The notes: a model not told the origin generated them from the sequence alone. Positions 8,737 through 17,995 are shown, counted from the first letter of the stretch. The stretch: 64,000 bases of DNA from Acidimicrobiales bacterium (GCA_035526705.1 DATLBX010000053.1:3695-67694); one strand, 5' to 3'. Program-made: numbers and translations.

Positions 8737-9981
8737 ATGCGACGCGTTAATCGAGCCTTAAAGGCCGTCCTTTTGACGTCCGCAGTACTCGCTGGCCTGA
8801 CTGCTCCGGCCCGGACCGCGGGTCCGACGATCGTGGCCAAGCTGGCACCGGATGCCGGCGCCTTCTGGGAGGGCGACTCAGATCTCGTGGCGGGCACCAG
8901 CCCGCTGCCGGACTGCACCGCGTGCACGGACTTTGCCATCGAGACGACCGGTGCGGGCGAGCGCTTGCGCGTCGCCCTCGACACCACGGGAAGCGACGGA
9001 AGCTTCTCCATCGAGTTGTTCGACGCAGAGGGCGCCTCGCTCACAACTACTTCAGGGCCGTACTCGATGGAGGCCTACGTCGAGTCGCCCGACCCCGGCG
9101 TCTACTTCGCTCGCGCCAGCGGCGGCCCGGCCGACGCATTCCGGATGCGCGCCAAGCTCGAGCGCAAAGCTCCCGTGCCGACAGGGACCGGCCCGCTCCT
9201 GCCGAATCTGCAGCTCATTCCTCCCTATGAGTTCACGTTCATGTCTTTGCTGAACTCACCTCTCGAAGGCCGGGACGCAACGTCATGCAACCCGTATGAG
9301 CAGGCGGAGTACGCCGCGAAACGTTGCCTGCGCTTTTCGCTCGGTCCGAAGAATGTCGGACCGGGTCCGCTGATGCTCCGATTCGACGCAGATCCAATCA
9401 CAGGGATCGTCGGGCGAGGGGACGTCACGCAGCTGATCCTCCACGGGGATGGCAAGGAGTCAGAGCGGCCGGGGGGTTCGAGCGTGTACCACAAGACCCA
9501 CGCGCACTATCACCACAACGGATTCGGCACGCTCGAACTGCTGCGGGTCCTGGATCCCGTCGCCGGATCCCTCGTGCCGGCCGGCTCAGGTCCAAAGCAG
9601 GGCTTCTGCATGCTCGATTTCATGATCGCCGACTGGACCGCGTTCGCCAACGAGCCCGCTGATTCGGTACGACAGGACTGCGGCGCGGCGGCGCCGACCG
9701 GCGTGCAACTCGGCCTGGGCACCGGGTGGGGCGACATATACGTGTACAGCCTGGATGGCAACTACGTGGAGTTCGGAGAGAACACCGATGGTTTGTACGT
9801 CGTCCGCTCTATCGCCGACGCGTTCAACGACGTGCTGGAAACGAACGAGACCGACAACCAGGGTTACGCCTACATCCGGGTGAAGGGCAATGACATCACG
9901 GTGCTGGAACGCGGCCTGGGCGCGTCACCGTGGGATCCGAACAAGGTCCTCGCCGCAGACATCCTGCCCCCCAACGCGTAA
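8737..9981 (+). CDS. Secreted lysyl-oxidase-like copper amine oxidase homolog
   Basis: Signal peptide MRRVNRALKAVLLTSAVLAGLTAPARTAG. C-terminal half aligns by eye to the animal LOX catalytic domain: RCLRFSLGPKNVGPGPL, VYHKTHAHYHHNGF (His-x-His-x-His copper site), GPKQGFCMLD, GTGWGDIYVYSLDGNYVEF, YVVRSIADAFNDVLETNETDN. Confidence 0.7.
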   Translation: MRRVNRALKAVLLTSAVLAGLTAPARTAGPTIVAKLAPDAGAFWEGDSDLVAGTSPLPDCTACTDFAIETTGAGERLRVALDTTGSDGSFSIELFDAEGASLTTTSGPYSMEAYVESPDPGVYFARASGGPADAFRMRAKLERKAPVPTGTGPLLPNLQLIPPYEFTFMSLLNSPLEGRDATSCNPYEQAEYAAKRCLRFSLGPKNVGPGPLMLRFDADPITGIVGRGDVTQLILHGDGKESERPGGSSVYHKTHAHYHHNGFGTLELLRVLDPVAGSLVPAGSGPKQGFCMLDFMIADWTAFANEPADSVRQDCGAAAPTGVQLGLGTGWGDIYVYSLDGNYVEFGENTDGLYVVRSIADAFNDVLETNETDNQGYAYIRVKGNDITVLERGLGASPWDPNKVLAADILPPNA

Positions 9982-10002
9982 AGAGCATCGTCGGAGAGGC
10001 CG

Positions 10003-10845
10003 ATGGGGAGTGCGGAGGAAATCGAAGACAGTCAGCGAGCGACGTGGGCGGCACTCTCAGCCGGCTGGGAGAAGTGGGACGCCGTCATCATGGAGCAGCT
10101 CCGTCCGGTCGGCACGGCGATCATCGATCGTCTTCGCATCGCTGAAGATCAACAGCATCTGGACATTGCCTCGGGCACCGGTGAACCGGGCCTGACCATC
10201 GCGTCGCTCGCGCCGAACGGACGCGTCGTGTTGACCGACCTCGCGCCGGAGATGCTGGAAGTAGCCGAACGACGAGCGGCCGCGCAGGGGATCGTCAACA
10301 TCGACACGCAGGTCTGCAGTGCCGACGATCTGCCGTTCGCCGACGCAACATTCGACAGCGTGTCCGTGCGCTTTGGATACATGTTCTTCCCGGACATGGC
10401 CAAGGCCACCGCCGAATTCGCGCGCGTCCTCAGGCCGGGTGGACGTATCTGCTCGTCCGTGTGGGTCAAGCCCGAGGAAAACCCATGGACGTCGACCGTG
10501 ATGCAGGCGATCGGGGACGAGGCCGAACTGCCAGCGCGCGATCCCAACGGGCCGAACATGTTCCGATGCGCTGCGCCGCAGTACGTCAGCGACCTCTACG
10601 AGGCAGCGGGGCTGCACGACATTGCCGAGTGGGACGTCGAAGTGGAACTCGTGACTCGCTCGCCCGAGGAGTACTGGGACATGATCAGCGAGCACGTTTC
10701 CCTCGCCGCCGCCGCCCTTCAGCAAGTCGACGAAGCGGCCCGCGGGCGAATCGCGTCGGCCACGATCGCAGCAGTCAGTACCTACGAAATGGCGGGCAAG
10801 GTGCGGGTTCCGGGCCTGGCCCGGTGCATCGTCGGAACCAGATAA
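10003..10845 (+). CDS. Class I SAM-dependent methyltransferase
   Basis: Motif I LDIASGTGEPG. Methyltransf_11-like core with FDSVSVRFGYMFF and LRPGGRI. Confidence 0.8.
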   Translation: MGSAEEIEDSQRATWAALSAGWEKWDAVIMEQLRPVGTAIIDRLRIAEDQQHLDIASGTGEPGLTIASLAPNGRVVLTDLAPEMLEVAERRAAAQGIVNIDTQVCSADDLPFADATFDSVSVRFGYMFFPDMAKATAEFARVLRPGGRICSSVWVKPEENPWTSTVMQAIGDEAELPARDPNGPNMFRCAAPQYVSDLYEAAGLHDIAEWDVEVELVTRSPEEYWDMISEHVSLAAAALQQVDEAARGRIASATIAAVSTYEMAGKVRVPGLARCIVGTR

Positions 10846-10861
10846 AGGCCCGGGAACTACC

Positions 10862-11107
10862 TCAGGCGGGTTCGATGAAGATGCATTCGCCGGGGCATTC
10901 CTCGGCGGACTCGACGGTGGCCTCGATCATGTCGTCGGGCACCGGGGCGATGCCGCTGGGCCCGCCCGGGTCGCTGTAGACCTTGGGTCCGTCCTTCACG
11001 TAGGCCAGTCCATCGTCCAGGAGCGTGAAAACGGCGGGAGCGATCTCTTCGCACAGGCCATCACCCGTGCAGAGGTCCTGGTCGATCCAAACCTTGTAAG
11101 CGGGCAT
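10862..11107 (-). CDS. Ferredoxin (single-cluster type)
   Basis: Internal ATG at 11107: MPAYKVWIDQDLCTGDGLCEEIAP...ECPGECI. The CxxxGxC...CP pattern matches small actinobacterial ferredoxins. Confidence 0.8.
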   Translation of the reverse strand: MPAYKVWIDQDLCTGDGLCEEIAPAVFTLLDDGLAYVKDGPKVYSDPGGPSGIAPVPDDMIEATVESAEECPGECIFIEPA

Positions 11108-11158
11108 AGAGGCACCGTACCAGATAAGCACGGTGATTCCCGTGCAAACTATTTCCGT

Positions 11159-11207
11159 GCGGCTGGGCACCCCACCCCAGCCGCAGGGCCCCCCACCCAC
11201 GCCCGCC
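11159..11207 (+). repeat. Dispersed GC-rich repeat, copy A (module 1 + module 2)
   Basis: GCGGCTGGGcaccccacCCCAGCCGC (perfect 9-bp stem) followed by AGGGCCCCCCACCCACGCCCGCC. Lies in the divergent ferredoxin/arc gap and ends 44 nt before the arc ATG. Confidence 0.85.
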
Positions 11208-11251
11208 ATGCGACTAGACGTTCGTAGGCGAGGGGTAGGGTCGCCCGTGAG

Positions 11252-13015
11252 ATGGCAGACGATCGGCTAGCGGCCTACGAAGCAGAAATGGCGGAGATCC
11301 GGGAGCACTCGGCGGACCTCGAGGAGGAAGTGTCCACCCTCAGGCGCAAGCTTCAGGAAGCTCCCAAGCGGGTCCGCACCCTCGAGGAGCGACTGCTCGA
11401 AACCAAGGGCCAGCTCTCCCAGCTCACGTCCCAGAACGAAAAGCTCACCTACACCTTGCGGGAGGCCCGCGAGCACATTGCGGCGCTTCGGGAAGAGGTC
11501 GACAAGCTCACCCAGCCGCCCGCCTACTACGGCACTTTCATGGGCCTGAACGACGACGGAACCGTGGACGTTTTCTCCGCCGGACGCAAGATCAGGGTCA
11601 CCCTGCACCCGGACCTCGACCCCTCCGAGATGCGGCGGGGTCAGGAGGTCGTGCTGAACGAGTCGTTCAACATCATCCTGGCCCGCGCCCCCGAGATTGC
11701 GGGCGAGATCGTCACTCTGAAAGAGGTGCTGGAGGAGGACGTTCGCGCCATCGTCGTCGGCCGAGCCGATGAGGAGCGCGTCGTCGAGATCTCCGAGCAG
11801 CTGGCTGGCACGAAGCTGCGAGCGGGCGACTCCTTGCTCATGGATGTGCGCACCGGCCTCATCCTCGAGAAGCTGCCGCGGCCCGAAGTCGAGACGCTGG
11901 TTCTCGAGGAGGTCCCGGACGTCACCTACGCCGACGTCGGAGGACTGGACTCACAAATCGAGGAGATCACCGACGCGGTAGAGCTGCCGTTCGTCCACCG
12001 GGCGCTGTACTCCGAGTACAAGCTCCCGGCCCCGAAGGGCGTGCTGCTCTATGGCCCTCCAGGGTGTGGCAAGACCCTGATCGCGAAGGCGGTGGCGAAC
12101 TCGCTGGCCAAGAAGGTGGCCGAGGTGACGGGCAACAAGGACGCCAAGAGCTACTTCCTCAACATCAAGGGCCCGGAACTCCTGAACAAGTACGTCGGCG
12201 AAACGGAGCGGCAGCTTCGCCTCGTGTTCCAGCGCGCCCGGGAAAAGTCCGAGGAGGGGATGCCGGTCATCATCTTCTTCGACGAGATGGACTCTCTATT
12301 CCGTACTCGTGGCACTGGCATTTCCTCAGACATGGAAGCCACGATCGTGCCGCAGCTGCTTGCCGAAATCGACGGTGTAGAAGCCCTGCGAAATGTGATC
12401 GTTATCGGCGCGTCGAACCGGGAGGAGCTGATCGACCCCGCCATCATGCGACCGGGACGCCTCGACGTGAAGATCAAGATCGATCGGCCGAACGAGGACG
12501 GGGCCACCTCGATCTTCAACCGCTACCTCACCTCTGAGTTGCCCCTGGACCCTGAAGAGGTCGAGAGCCTCGGCGGCGGAGACCGCGACAAGGCGGCGCG
12601 CGTGATGATCGAGCGCACGGTCGAGGAGATGTACCAGACCGGCCCAGAACACCGCTTCCTCGAGGTCACGTACCAGAACGGCGACAAAGAGGTCATGTAC
12701 TTCAAGGACTTCTCGTCGGGCGCCCTCATAGAAAACGTGGTGCGGCGGGCGAAGAAGTCGGCCATCAAGCGCCAGATCGCCGAGGGCACCAAGGGCATCA
12801 AGGTCGAAGATCTGCTCGGCGCAGTGCGCCAGGAGTACAAGGAGCAAGAGACGCTGCCCAACACGGTCAACCCCGACGAGTGGCACAAGATCTCCGGAAA
12901 GAAGGGCGAACGCATCATCTTCATGCGCACGTTGGCCTCCTCCGGAACGACGAAGGACACCGAACCGGCGGGCGGCCGCGCCATCGAGCGCGTCGGCACC
13001 GGCCAATACCTCTAG
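11252..13015 (+). CDS. arc: Proteasome-associated AAA ATPase ARC/Mpa
   Basis: N-terminal coiled coil, OB region, Walker A GPPGCGKT, Walker B IIFFDEMD, and the C-terminal GQYL proteasome-docking tail. Confidence 0.95.
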   Translation: MADDRLAAYEAEMAEIREHSADLEEEVSTLRRKLQEAPKRVRTLEERLLETKGQLSQLTSQNEKLTYTLREAREHIAALREEVDKLTQPPAYYGTFMGLNDDGTVDVFSAGRKIRVTLHPDLDPSEMRRGQEVVLNESFNIILARAPEIAGEIVTLKEVLEEDVRAIVVGRADEERVVEISEQLAGTKLRAGDSLLMDVRTGLILEKLPRPEVETLVLEEVPDVTYADVGGLDSQIEEITDAVELPFVHRALYSEYKLPAPKGVLLYGPPGCGKTLIAKAVANSLAKKVAEVTGNKDAKSYFLNIKGPELLNKYVGETERQLRLVFQRAREKSEEGMPVIIFFDEMDSLFRTRGTGISSDMEATIVPQLLAEIDGVEALRNVIVIGASNREELIDPAIMRPGRLDVKIKIDRPNEDGATSIFNRYLTSELPLDPEEVESLGGGDRDKAARVMIERTVEEMYQTGPEHRFLEVTYQNGDKEVMYFKDFSSGALIENVVRRAKKSAIKRQIAEGTKGIKVEDLLGAVRQEYKEQETLPNTVNPDEWHKISGKKGERIIFMRTLASSGTTKDTEPAGGRAIERVGTGQYL

Positions 13016-13046
13016 CCACCGCCCGTCCTGACGGCAGGACGAGGCG

Positions 13047-13838
13047 GTGACAAATTCCGGCCCGGTGCCTGCGCCCCACGTCATCGCCGTGGCCAGCGGT
13101 AAGGGTGGCGTCGGAAAGTCCACGGTCACGGTCAACCTCGGCGCGACCCTGGCGCAGTCGGGAGTGCGCGTCGGCTTGGTGGACGCGGACGTATACGGAC
13201 CGAATGTCCCCCTGATGCTGGGGCTGACCCGTCGTACGCGTTCGGAATCAATCTCGCTGGCGCGGGCCAGCGGTGCGAAGCGGACGCCGATCGAACGGTT
13301 TGGGATGAAGGTCATGTCCGCCCAGTTCTTGATCGCCGAAGACCAACCGGTGGCCTTCGACGCCGCGTTGGTGCGACTTTTGGTTCAAGGCTTGATGGAG
13401 GACACCAAATGGGGAGAGCTGGACGTGATGCTCGTGGACCTTCCCCCCGGCACGGCCGACCTGCAACAGGGCCTGTCGCGATCGTTCGCGCTTACGGGCG
13501 CCCTGGTTGTCGTCACCCCACAGGACGTGGCGCACCTCGACGGTCGCAAGGCGGTGGCCATGTTCCGGCAGTCCGCAGTTCCAGTGCTGGGTGGCGTGGA
13601 GAACATGGCCGGTCTGTCGTGCCCGCATTGCGAGGAACACATCGACGTATTTCCACGCGTCGTCGAAGAACGCTCGATCTGGGCGAACGGCGTGGAGCTA
13701 CTTGTTCGGATCCCGTTGGAGCCGGCCGTTTCGCGCTCAGCGGAGTTGGGCACGCCGATCGTCTTGCGCGATCCGGGCAGCCCCGTTGCCGCCGCGTTCG
13801 AACAACTGGCTCGAACACTCGAGGTCGAGGCCAAATAG
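13047..13838 (+). CDS. Mrp/ApbC/NBP35-family Fe-S cluster carrier ATPase
   Basis: Deviant Walker A SGKGGVGKST, DLPPGT, and CPHC cluster-ligand motif. GTG start. Confidence 0.85.
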   Translation: MTNSGPVPAPHVIAVASGKGGVGKSTVTVNLGATLAQSGVRVGLVDADVYGPNVPLMLGLTRRTRSESISLARASGAKRTPIERFGMKVMSAQFLIAEDQPVAFDAALVRLLVQGLMEDTKWGELDVMLVDLPPGTADLQQGLSRSFALTGALVVVTPQDVAHLDGRKAVAMFRQSAVPVLGGVENMAGLSCPHCEEHIDVFPRVVEERSIWANGVELLVRIPLEPAVSRSAELGTPIVLRDPGSPVAAAFEQLARTLEVEAK

Positions 13839-14678
13839 GTGGGCGGCAAGAAGGAACGACTCCAGGACATAGCCGAAGGCACAGCGGGAGAGACGGCGGG
13901 GCGGGTCGGGCTCGCGGCGCGCGGCGCGATGTATTGCGTAGTCGGAGTGCTCGCGATCCGGCTGGTCACAGGAGCTGATGAACGCGCCGACAGAGAGGGT
14001 GCGCTCGACGCGCTGGCGCGGCAGCGGGTCGGCAGTGTGCTGCTTGCAGTCCTGGCGATCGGGTTCGCGGGCTACGCGGTGTGGCGCTTCTTGCGGGCCT
14101 TCACCGGAGCCCGCGAGGGGTCGTCGGCGTCGTCGTCCAAAGGGGCGGGAGTACTACGACGGCTGCTGGACGTGGCGAAGGGGGCGATCTACCTGGGGCT
14201 TGTCTTCACGACGCTGCGCGTGTTGTTCGGCGGCCGAGACGAAGTCGGCGGTGCAGAACAGGAGCGCGACTGGACACTGGCGCTACTGCAACGCTCGTGG
14301 GGGCGGCCGCTGGTGCTCGTCGTCGGAATCGCGGTGCTGATTGGCGGTCTGGCCTTTGCCGCCCGCGGCTTCCACAAGGACTTCGAGAAGAGCCTGGACT
14401 CGGGACGCGTCCCGTCGTGGGCCCGTCGCCTCTTGCCTGTCGCGGGCACCGTCGGGTACGTCGCCCGCGGGGGAGTGGTGGCTCTCGTCGGCTGGTTCAT
14501 CGCCCACGCGGCTTGGACCTTCGACGCCAAGAAGGCTGTCGGCGTGGCCGGCGCACTCGGCCGGTTGGCGGGGGAGCTGTACGGACGGGTCGCGCTGAGC
14601 GCGGTCGCGTTCGGATTGCTGAGCTTCGGCGTCTTCTCGTTCGTCGAAGCCGCATACCGAAAGGTCCTGGAGGACTAA
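13839..14678 (+). CDS. DUF1206-like multi-pass membrane protein
   Basis: GTG directly after the upstream stop. Three repeated paired-TM units, each beginning R/KGxxYxxxG. Family name is from memory. Confidence 0.55.
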   Translation: MGGKKERLQDIAEGTAGETAGRVGLAARGAMYCVVGVLAIRLVTGADERADREGALDALARQRVGSVLLAVLAIGFAGYAVWRFLRAFTGAREGSSASSSKGAGVLRRLLDVAKGAIYLGLVFTTLRVLFGGRDEVGGAEQERDWTLALLQRSWGRPLVLVVGIAVLIGGLAFAARGFHKDFEKSLDSGRVPSWARRLLPVAGTVGYVARGGVVALVGWFIAHAAWTFDAKKAVGVAGALGRLAGELYGRVALSAVAFGLLSFGVFSFVEAAYRKVLED

Positions 14679-14802
14679 CACCTCCGAAATGCTCGGCGCC
14701 GATGACCCCGTCTGGGGCGACTCCGCTACGAGAGTCCTGCACGGCTGTTCCGGCGGTGATTACTGTTCCCACCGGCCAACCGCCTTTATCTAGGAGATCT
14801 CG

Positions 14803-15237
14803 ATGGCGCGCAAGGATCAGAAGCTCGAACACCTCTCGAAGGTGCCGATGTTCTCGGCGCTGAACCAGAACGAACTGCGGACGCTCGGCAGGCTGTCTGA
14901 CGAGATCTCGGTGCGGGAGGGCAAGGTCCTCTGCGAAGAGGGCACCGAGGGCCACGAGTTCTACCTGGTCCTGGGCGGCGAAGCCCTCGTCAAGAAGGGC
15001 AAGAAGACGGTGGCCACGCTCAAGCCCGGAAGCTTCTTCGGCGAGTTGTCGATCCTCGACGGCGGGGTGCGATCCGCGACCGTCGTGGCGGGCACCGATT
15101 GCGAACTCCTCATCATCGGTCAGCGCGAGTTCAGCGGGGTGTTGCGTGAGTTGCCGAACTTCTCCCGCAAGCTCCTGGCTTCGTTGGCAGCTCGGCTTCG
15201 CGAGTCGGACGCAAAGGCCATCCGCTTCTCGAACTAG
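14803..15237 (+). CDS. Stand-alone cyclic-nucleotide-binding (CAP_ED) domain protein
   Basis: FYLVLGGEALV...FFGELSILDGGVRSATVVA, the phosphate-binding cassette. 144 aa with no HTH or other effector domain. AGGAG RBS upstream. Confidence 0.8.
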   Translation: MARKDQKLEHLSKVPMFSALNQNELRTLGRLSDEISVREGKVLCEEGTEGHEFYLVLGGEALVKKGKKTVATLKPGSFFGELSILDGGVRSATVVAGTDCELLIIGQREFSGVLRELPNFSRKLLASLAARLRESDAKAIRFSN

Positions 15238-16052
15238 GGCCCGGAGCCTTTCCCGCCCTCCACCGCGGATTGGGCGGCCAGCACCTCGTAGAGGATGACC
15301 GCCGCGGCTTGCCCGACATTGAGCGAGTCCGCTCGACCCCGCATGGGGAGTGAGACGGCCAGGTCCGCCGACGCGGGCCACCCACCGGTGAGCCCGTAGC
15401 GCTCACTACCCACGACGACGGCCACCTTCTGCTTGTAGGACGCGTCTCGGTAACCGACCGGGCATTCGGGGTCCGCGAGGACCACTTGAAACCCGTTCTG
15501 CCGCAGCCACCCCCGCGTCTCGTCACCGCTGGCCCGGACAACCGGCACGTGCAGCAACGTGGCCATGCTGGCGTGGAGCACCTTCGGGTGTTCGAGCCGC
15601 ACCCTCGAGTCACAGGCGATGACGGCGGCGCCGACCGCGTCAGCGAGACGAATCATGGTCCCGGTGTTGCCGGCACTCTCGAGCCGGTCGAGCACCATCA
15701 AAAGCGCAGGGGCTTCGGCGGCGAGGTCGTCGAATCGCCAATCCCTGAGGCAGCCGATGGCGAAAATGCCGTCGGGCCCGTCGCGGTCGGCCATCCGCTC
15801 AGCCAGGCGCGGGGAGATCTCGTAGCAACGGATTCCCTCTGTTTCCAACTGCGTGAACAGCGCCGCCCCCTCTGGCCCGCGGGACATCTCCGGACACCGG
15901 AATGCCACCTCGAGCGGGAGGTCCGACTCTCGGGCCCGCCGAAGCGACCAGAGTCCGTCCAGCGCGACACGCCCGCTGGAACCGCCTCGTCCGCCGCGCA
16001 GCGAGAGGTACCGCTTGACCTCCGCATGTCCGACGCCGGCCAGAGTGGGCAT
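15234..16052 (-). CDS. SpoU/TrmH-family RNA 2'-O-methyltransferase
   Basis: Internal ATG at 16052. ESAGNTGTMIRLADAVG and PMRGRADSLNVGQAAAVILYE are SpoU motifs. The longer track ORF would overlap the dop start. Confidence 0.75.
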   Translation of the reverse strand: MPTLAGVGHAEVKRYLSLRGGRGGSSGRVALDGLWSLRRARESDLPLEVAFRCPEMSRGPEGAALFTQLETEGIRCYEISPRLAERMADRDGPDGIFAIGCLRDWRFDDLAAEAPALLMVLDRLESAGNTGTMIRLADAVGAAVIACDSRVRLEHPKVLHASMATLLHVPVVRASGDETRGWLRQNGFQVVLADPECPVGYRDASYKQKVAVVVGSERYGLTGGWPASADLAVSLPMRGRADSLNVGQAAAVILYEVLAAQSAVEGGKGSGP

Positions 16053-16111
16053 AACGGACAACCTAGAAGGGCCGGAACGTATTCGGACCCTTAGCCAGCT
16101 AGCGTCGATGT

Positions 16112-17626
16112 GTGGCAATTCCGAAGGTCTGCGGCATGGAGACCGAGTACGGGATCGTTCATCGCGGCATCGAATCGAACCCGATAGCGGCTTCGTCGAT
16201 GCTCATCAATGCCTACGTTCAGCACCTCGAACGTGAGGCGGAGGCCGGAAGAGCCGCTCAGGAGAAGGTCGACTGGGACTTCGAGGACGAGTCGCCCGGT
16301 AACGATGCCCGGGGCTTTGCTCGAGAGGGCGCAATGCCGCCGGAAATCGAGACGCACCTCGTCAACACCGTCTTGACCAACGGGGCGCGGTTCTACGTCG
16401 ACCACGCTCATCCCGAGTTGTCGACCCCGGAATGCCGCGACGCACTGGAGCTGGTGCGCTGGGATCGCGCCGGCGAGGAGATCCTGATCGCCTCGATGGT
16501 GGCGGCCAAGCGCGTGCTTCCGCCGGGCCAGGAGATCCTGATCCACAAGAACAACTCCGACGGTAAGGGCAACTCATACGGGTGCCACGAGAACTACCTC
16601 ATGGATCGCGCCGTCCCCTTCGGCCGCATCGTCTCGCGCGTGATGCCGCATTTCGTCACGCGGCAGATCTACTGCGGCGCCGGGAAGGTTGGGGCGGAGA
16701 CATCGACCGGCGACCGCAAGGTCGACTTCCAGATCTCGCAGCGCGCCGACTTCTTCGAAGAGGAGGTCGGCCTGGAGACGACCCTCAAGCGGCCGATCGT
16801 CAACACCCGCGACGAGCCCCACGGCGACGCGCAGAAGTACCGCCGTCTGCACGTAATCGTCGGCGACGCCAATCTCTCGGAGGTCGCGAATTTCCTCAAG
16901 ATCGGGGTGACTTCGATAGTCCTGTCGATGATCGAGGACGACTGGTGGGGCCAGACCGACCTGACCCTGGCCGCACCCGTTGCCGCCCTTCGTCGCATCT
17001 CGTACGACACGACGCTGACCGAAACGTTGGAAATGGCCGACGGGCGCCATATGACCGCGTTGGAGATCCAGTGGGAGCTCCTCGACCTGGCCCGCAAGTA
17101 CGCCGAGGACCGCGGCCTCGAGTCGGTCGTCGAATCGGTGGGTAATGAAGTCCTTCGCCGGTGGGAGGCCGTACTCGGCGCGCTGGAAACCGATCCGGGA
17201 TCTATGAGTAACCAGCTCGACTGGGTCGCCAAGCACCGCCTCATCGACGGCTACCGCGAGCGCCACGACCTCGAATGGGGCGACACCAAGCTCAACGCGC
17301 TCGATCTTCAGTACCACGACCTCCGACCCGACCGTTCTCTCTTCGCGAAGGTGGGCATGGAGCAGATCGTGGACCAAGCCGACGTGGAAGCTGCGGTCCA
17401 CGACGCGCCCAAGACGACCCGCGCGTGGTTCCGAGGCGAATGCCTGAAACGGTGGTCCTCCAGCATCACGGCCGCCAACTGGGACTCGATCGTTTTCGAC
17501 CTCGGGGCCGACTCACTGAAGCGCGTGGGAATGATGGAGCCCCTGAAGGGAACGGAAGAGGGCCTCAAGGCGTTGATGGACACGTGCGACACCCCCGCGG
17601 AGCTCCTGGAGAAGCTGGGTAGCTGA
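16112..17626 (+). CDS. dop: Pup deamidase/depupylase Dop
   Basis: KVCGMETEYGI start region, [31 protein letters not shown]. 504 aa, immediately upstream of pup. GTG at 16112 matches the usual N-terminus better than the ATG at 16136. Confidence 0.9.
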   Translation: MAIPKVCGMETEYGIVHRGIESNPIAASSMLINAYVQHLEREAEAGRAAQEKVDWDFEDESPGNDARGFAREGAMPPEIETHLVNTVLTNGARFYVDHAHPELSTPECRDALELVRWDRAGEEILIASMVAAKRVLPPGQEILIHKNNSDGKGNSYGCHENYLMDRAVPFGRIVSRVMPHFVTRQIYCGAGKVGAETSTGDRKVDFQISQRADFFEEEVGLETTLKRPIVNTRDEPHGDAQKYRRLHVIVGDANLSEVANFLKIGVTSIVLSMIEDDWWGQTDLTLAAPVAALRRISYDTTLTETLEMADGRHMTALEIQWELLDLARKYAEDRGLESVVESVGNEVLRRWEAVLGALETDPGSMSNQLDWVAKHRLIDGYRERHDLEWGDTKLNALDLQYHDLRPDRSLFAKVGMEQIVDQADVEAAVHDAPKTTRAWFRGECLKRWSSSITAANWDSIVFDLGADSLKRVGMMEPLKGTEEGLKALMDTCDTPAELLEKLGS

Positions 17627-17646
17627 TTGCCGGCCACGCGCAGTGA

Positions 17647-17705
17647 GGGCGGGCGGGGGTGGGGCCCCACGCTCCGCTGAGCCGGGGTTGGGGTGCCCAG
17701 CCGCC
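17647..17705 (-). repeat. Dispersed GC-rich repeat, copy B (full, inverted), dop-pup intergenic
   Basis: Reverse complement reads GGCGGCTGGGCACCCCAACCCCGGCTCAGCGGAGCGTGGGGCCCCACCCCCGCCCGCCC. Contains the 12-nt palindrome GTGGGGCCCCAC. Confidence 0.85.
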
Positions 17706-17788
17706 AATAGGCATTGTGTTAGCAAGTGGGTAGCACGGGAAGGCCTTAGGAGTCCTACTCCAGGGCACGCTGCAGGAGGCAGTTAGAG

Positions 17789-17989
17789 ATGGCAACCGAG
17801 AGAGAACAGAAAAAGAAGCAGACCACCACCCGCAAGGACGCGGAGGTCGAGGAAACCGCGCCCGCGGGCGGCGCCCAGGGCGAAGAGCTCAAGGATCGCC
17901 TCGACGACCTGCTCGACGAGATCGACGAGGTCCTGGAGGAGCACGCCGAGGACTTCGTGAAGAGCTACATCCAGAAGGGCGGCCAGTAG
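17789..17989 (+). CDS. pup: Prokaryotic ubiquitin-like protein Pup
   Basis: 66 aa, acidic and disordered. C-terminal ...DFVKSYIQKGGQ (GGQ end, which needs Dop deamidation). AGGAGG RBS. Confidence 0.95.
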   Translation: MATEREQKKKQTTTRKDAEVEETAPAGGAQGEELKDRLDDLLDEIDEVLEEHAEDFVKSYIQKGGQ

Positions 17990-17995
17990 CTCACA

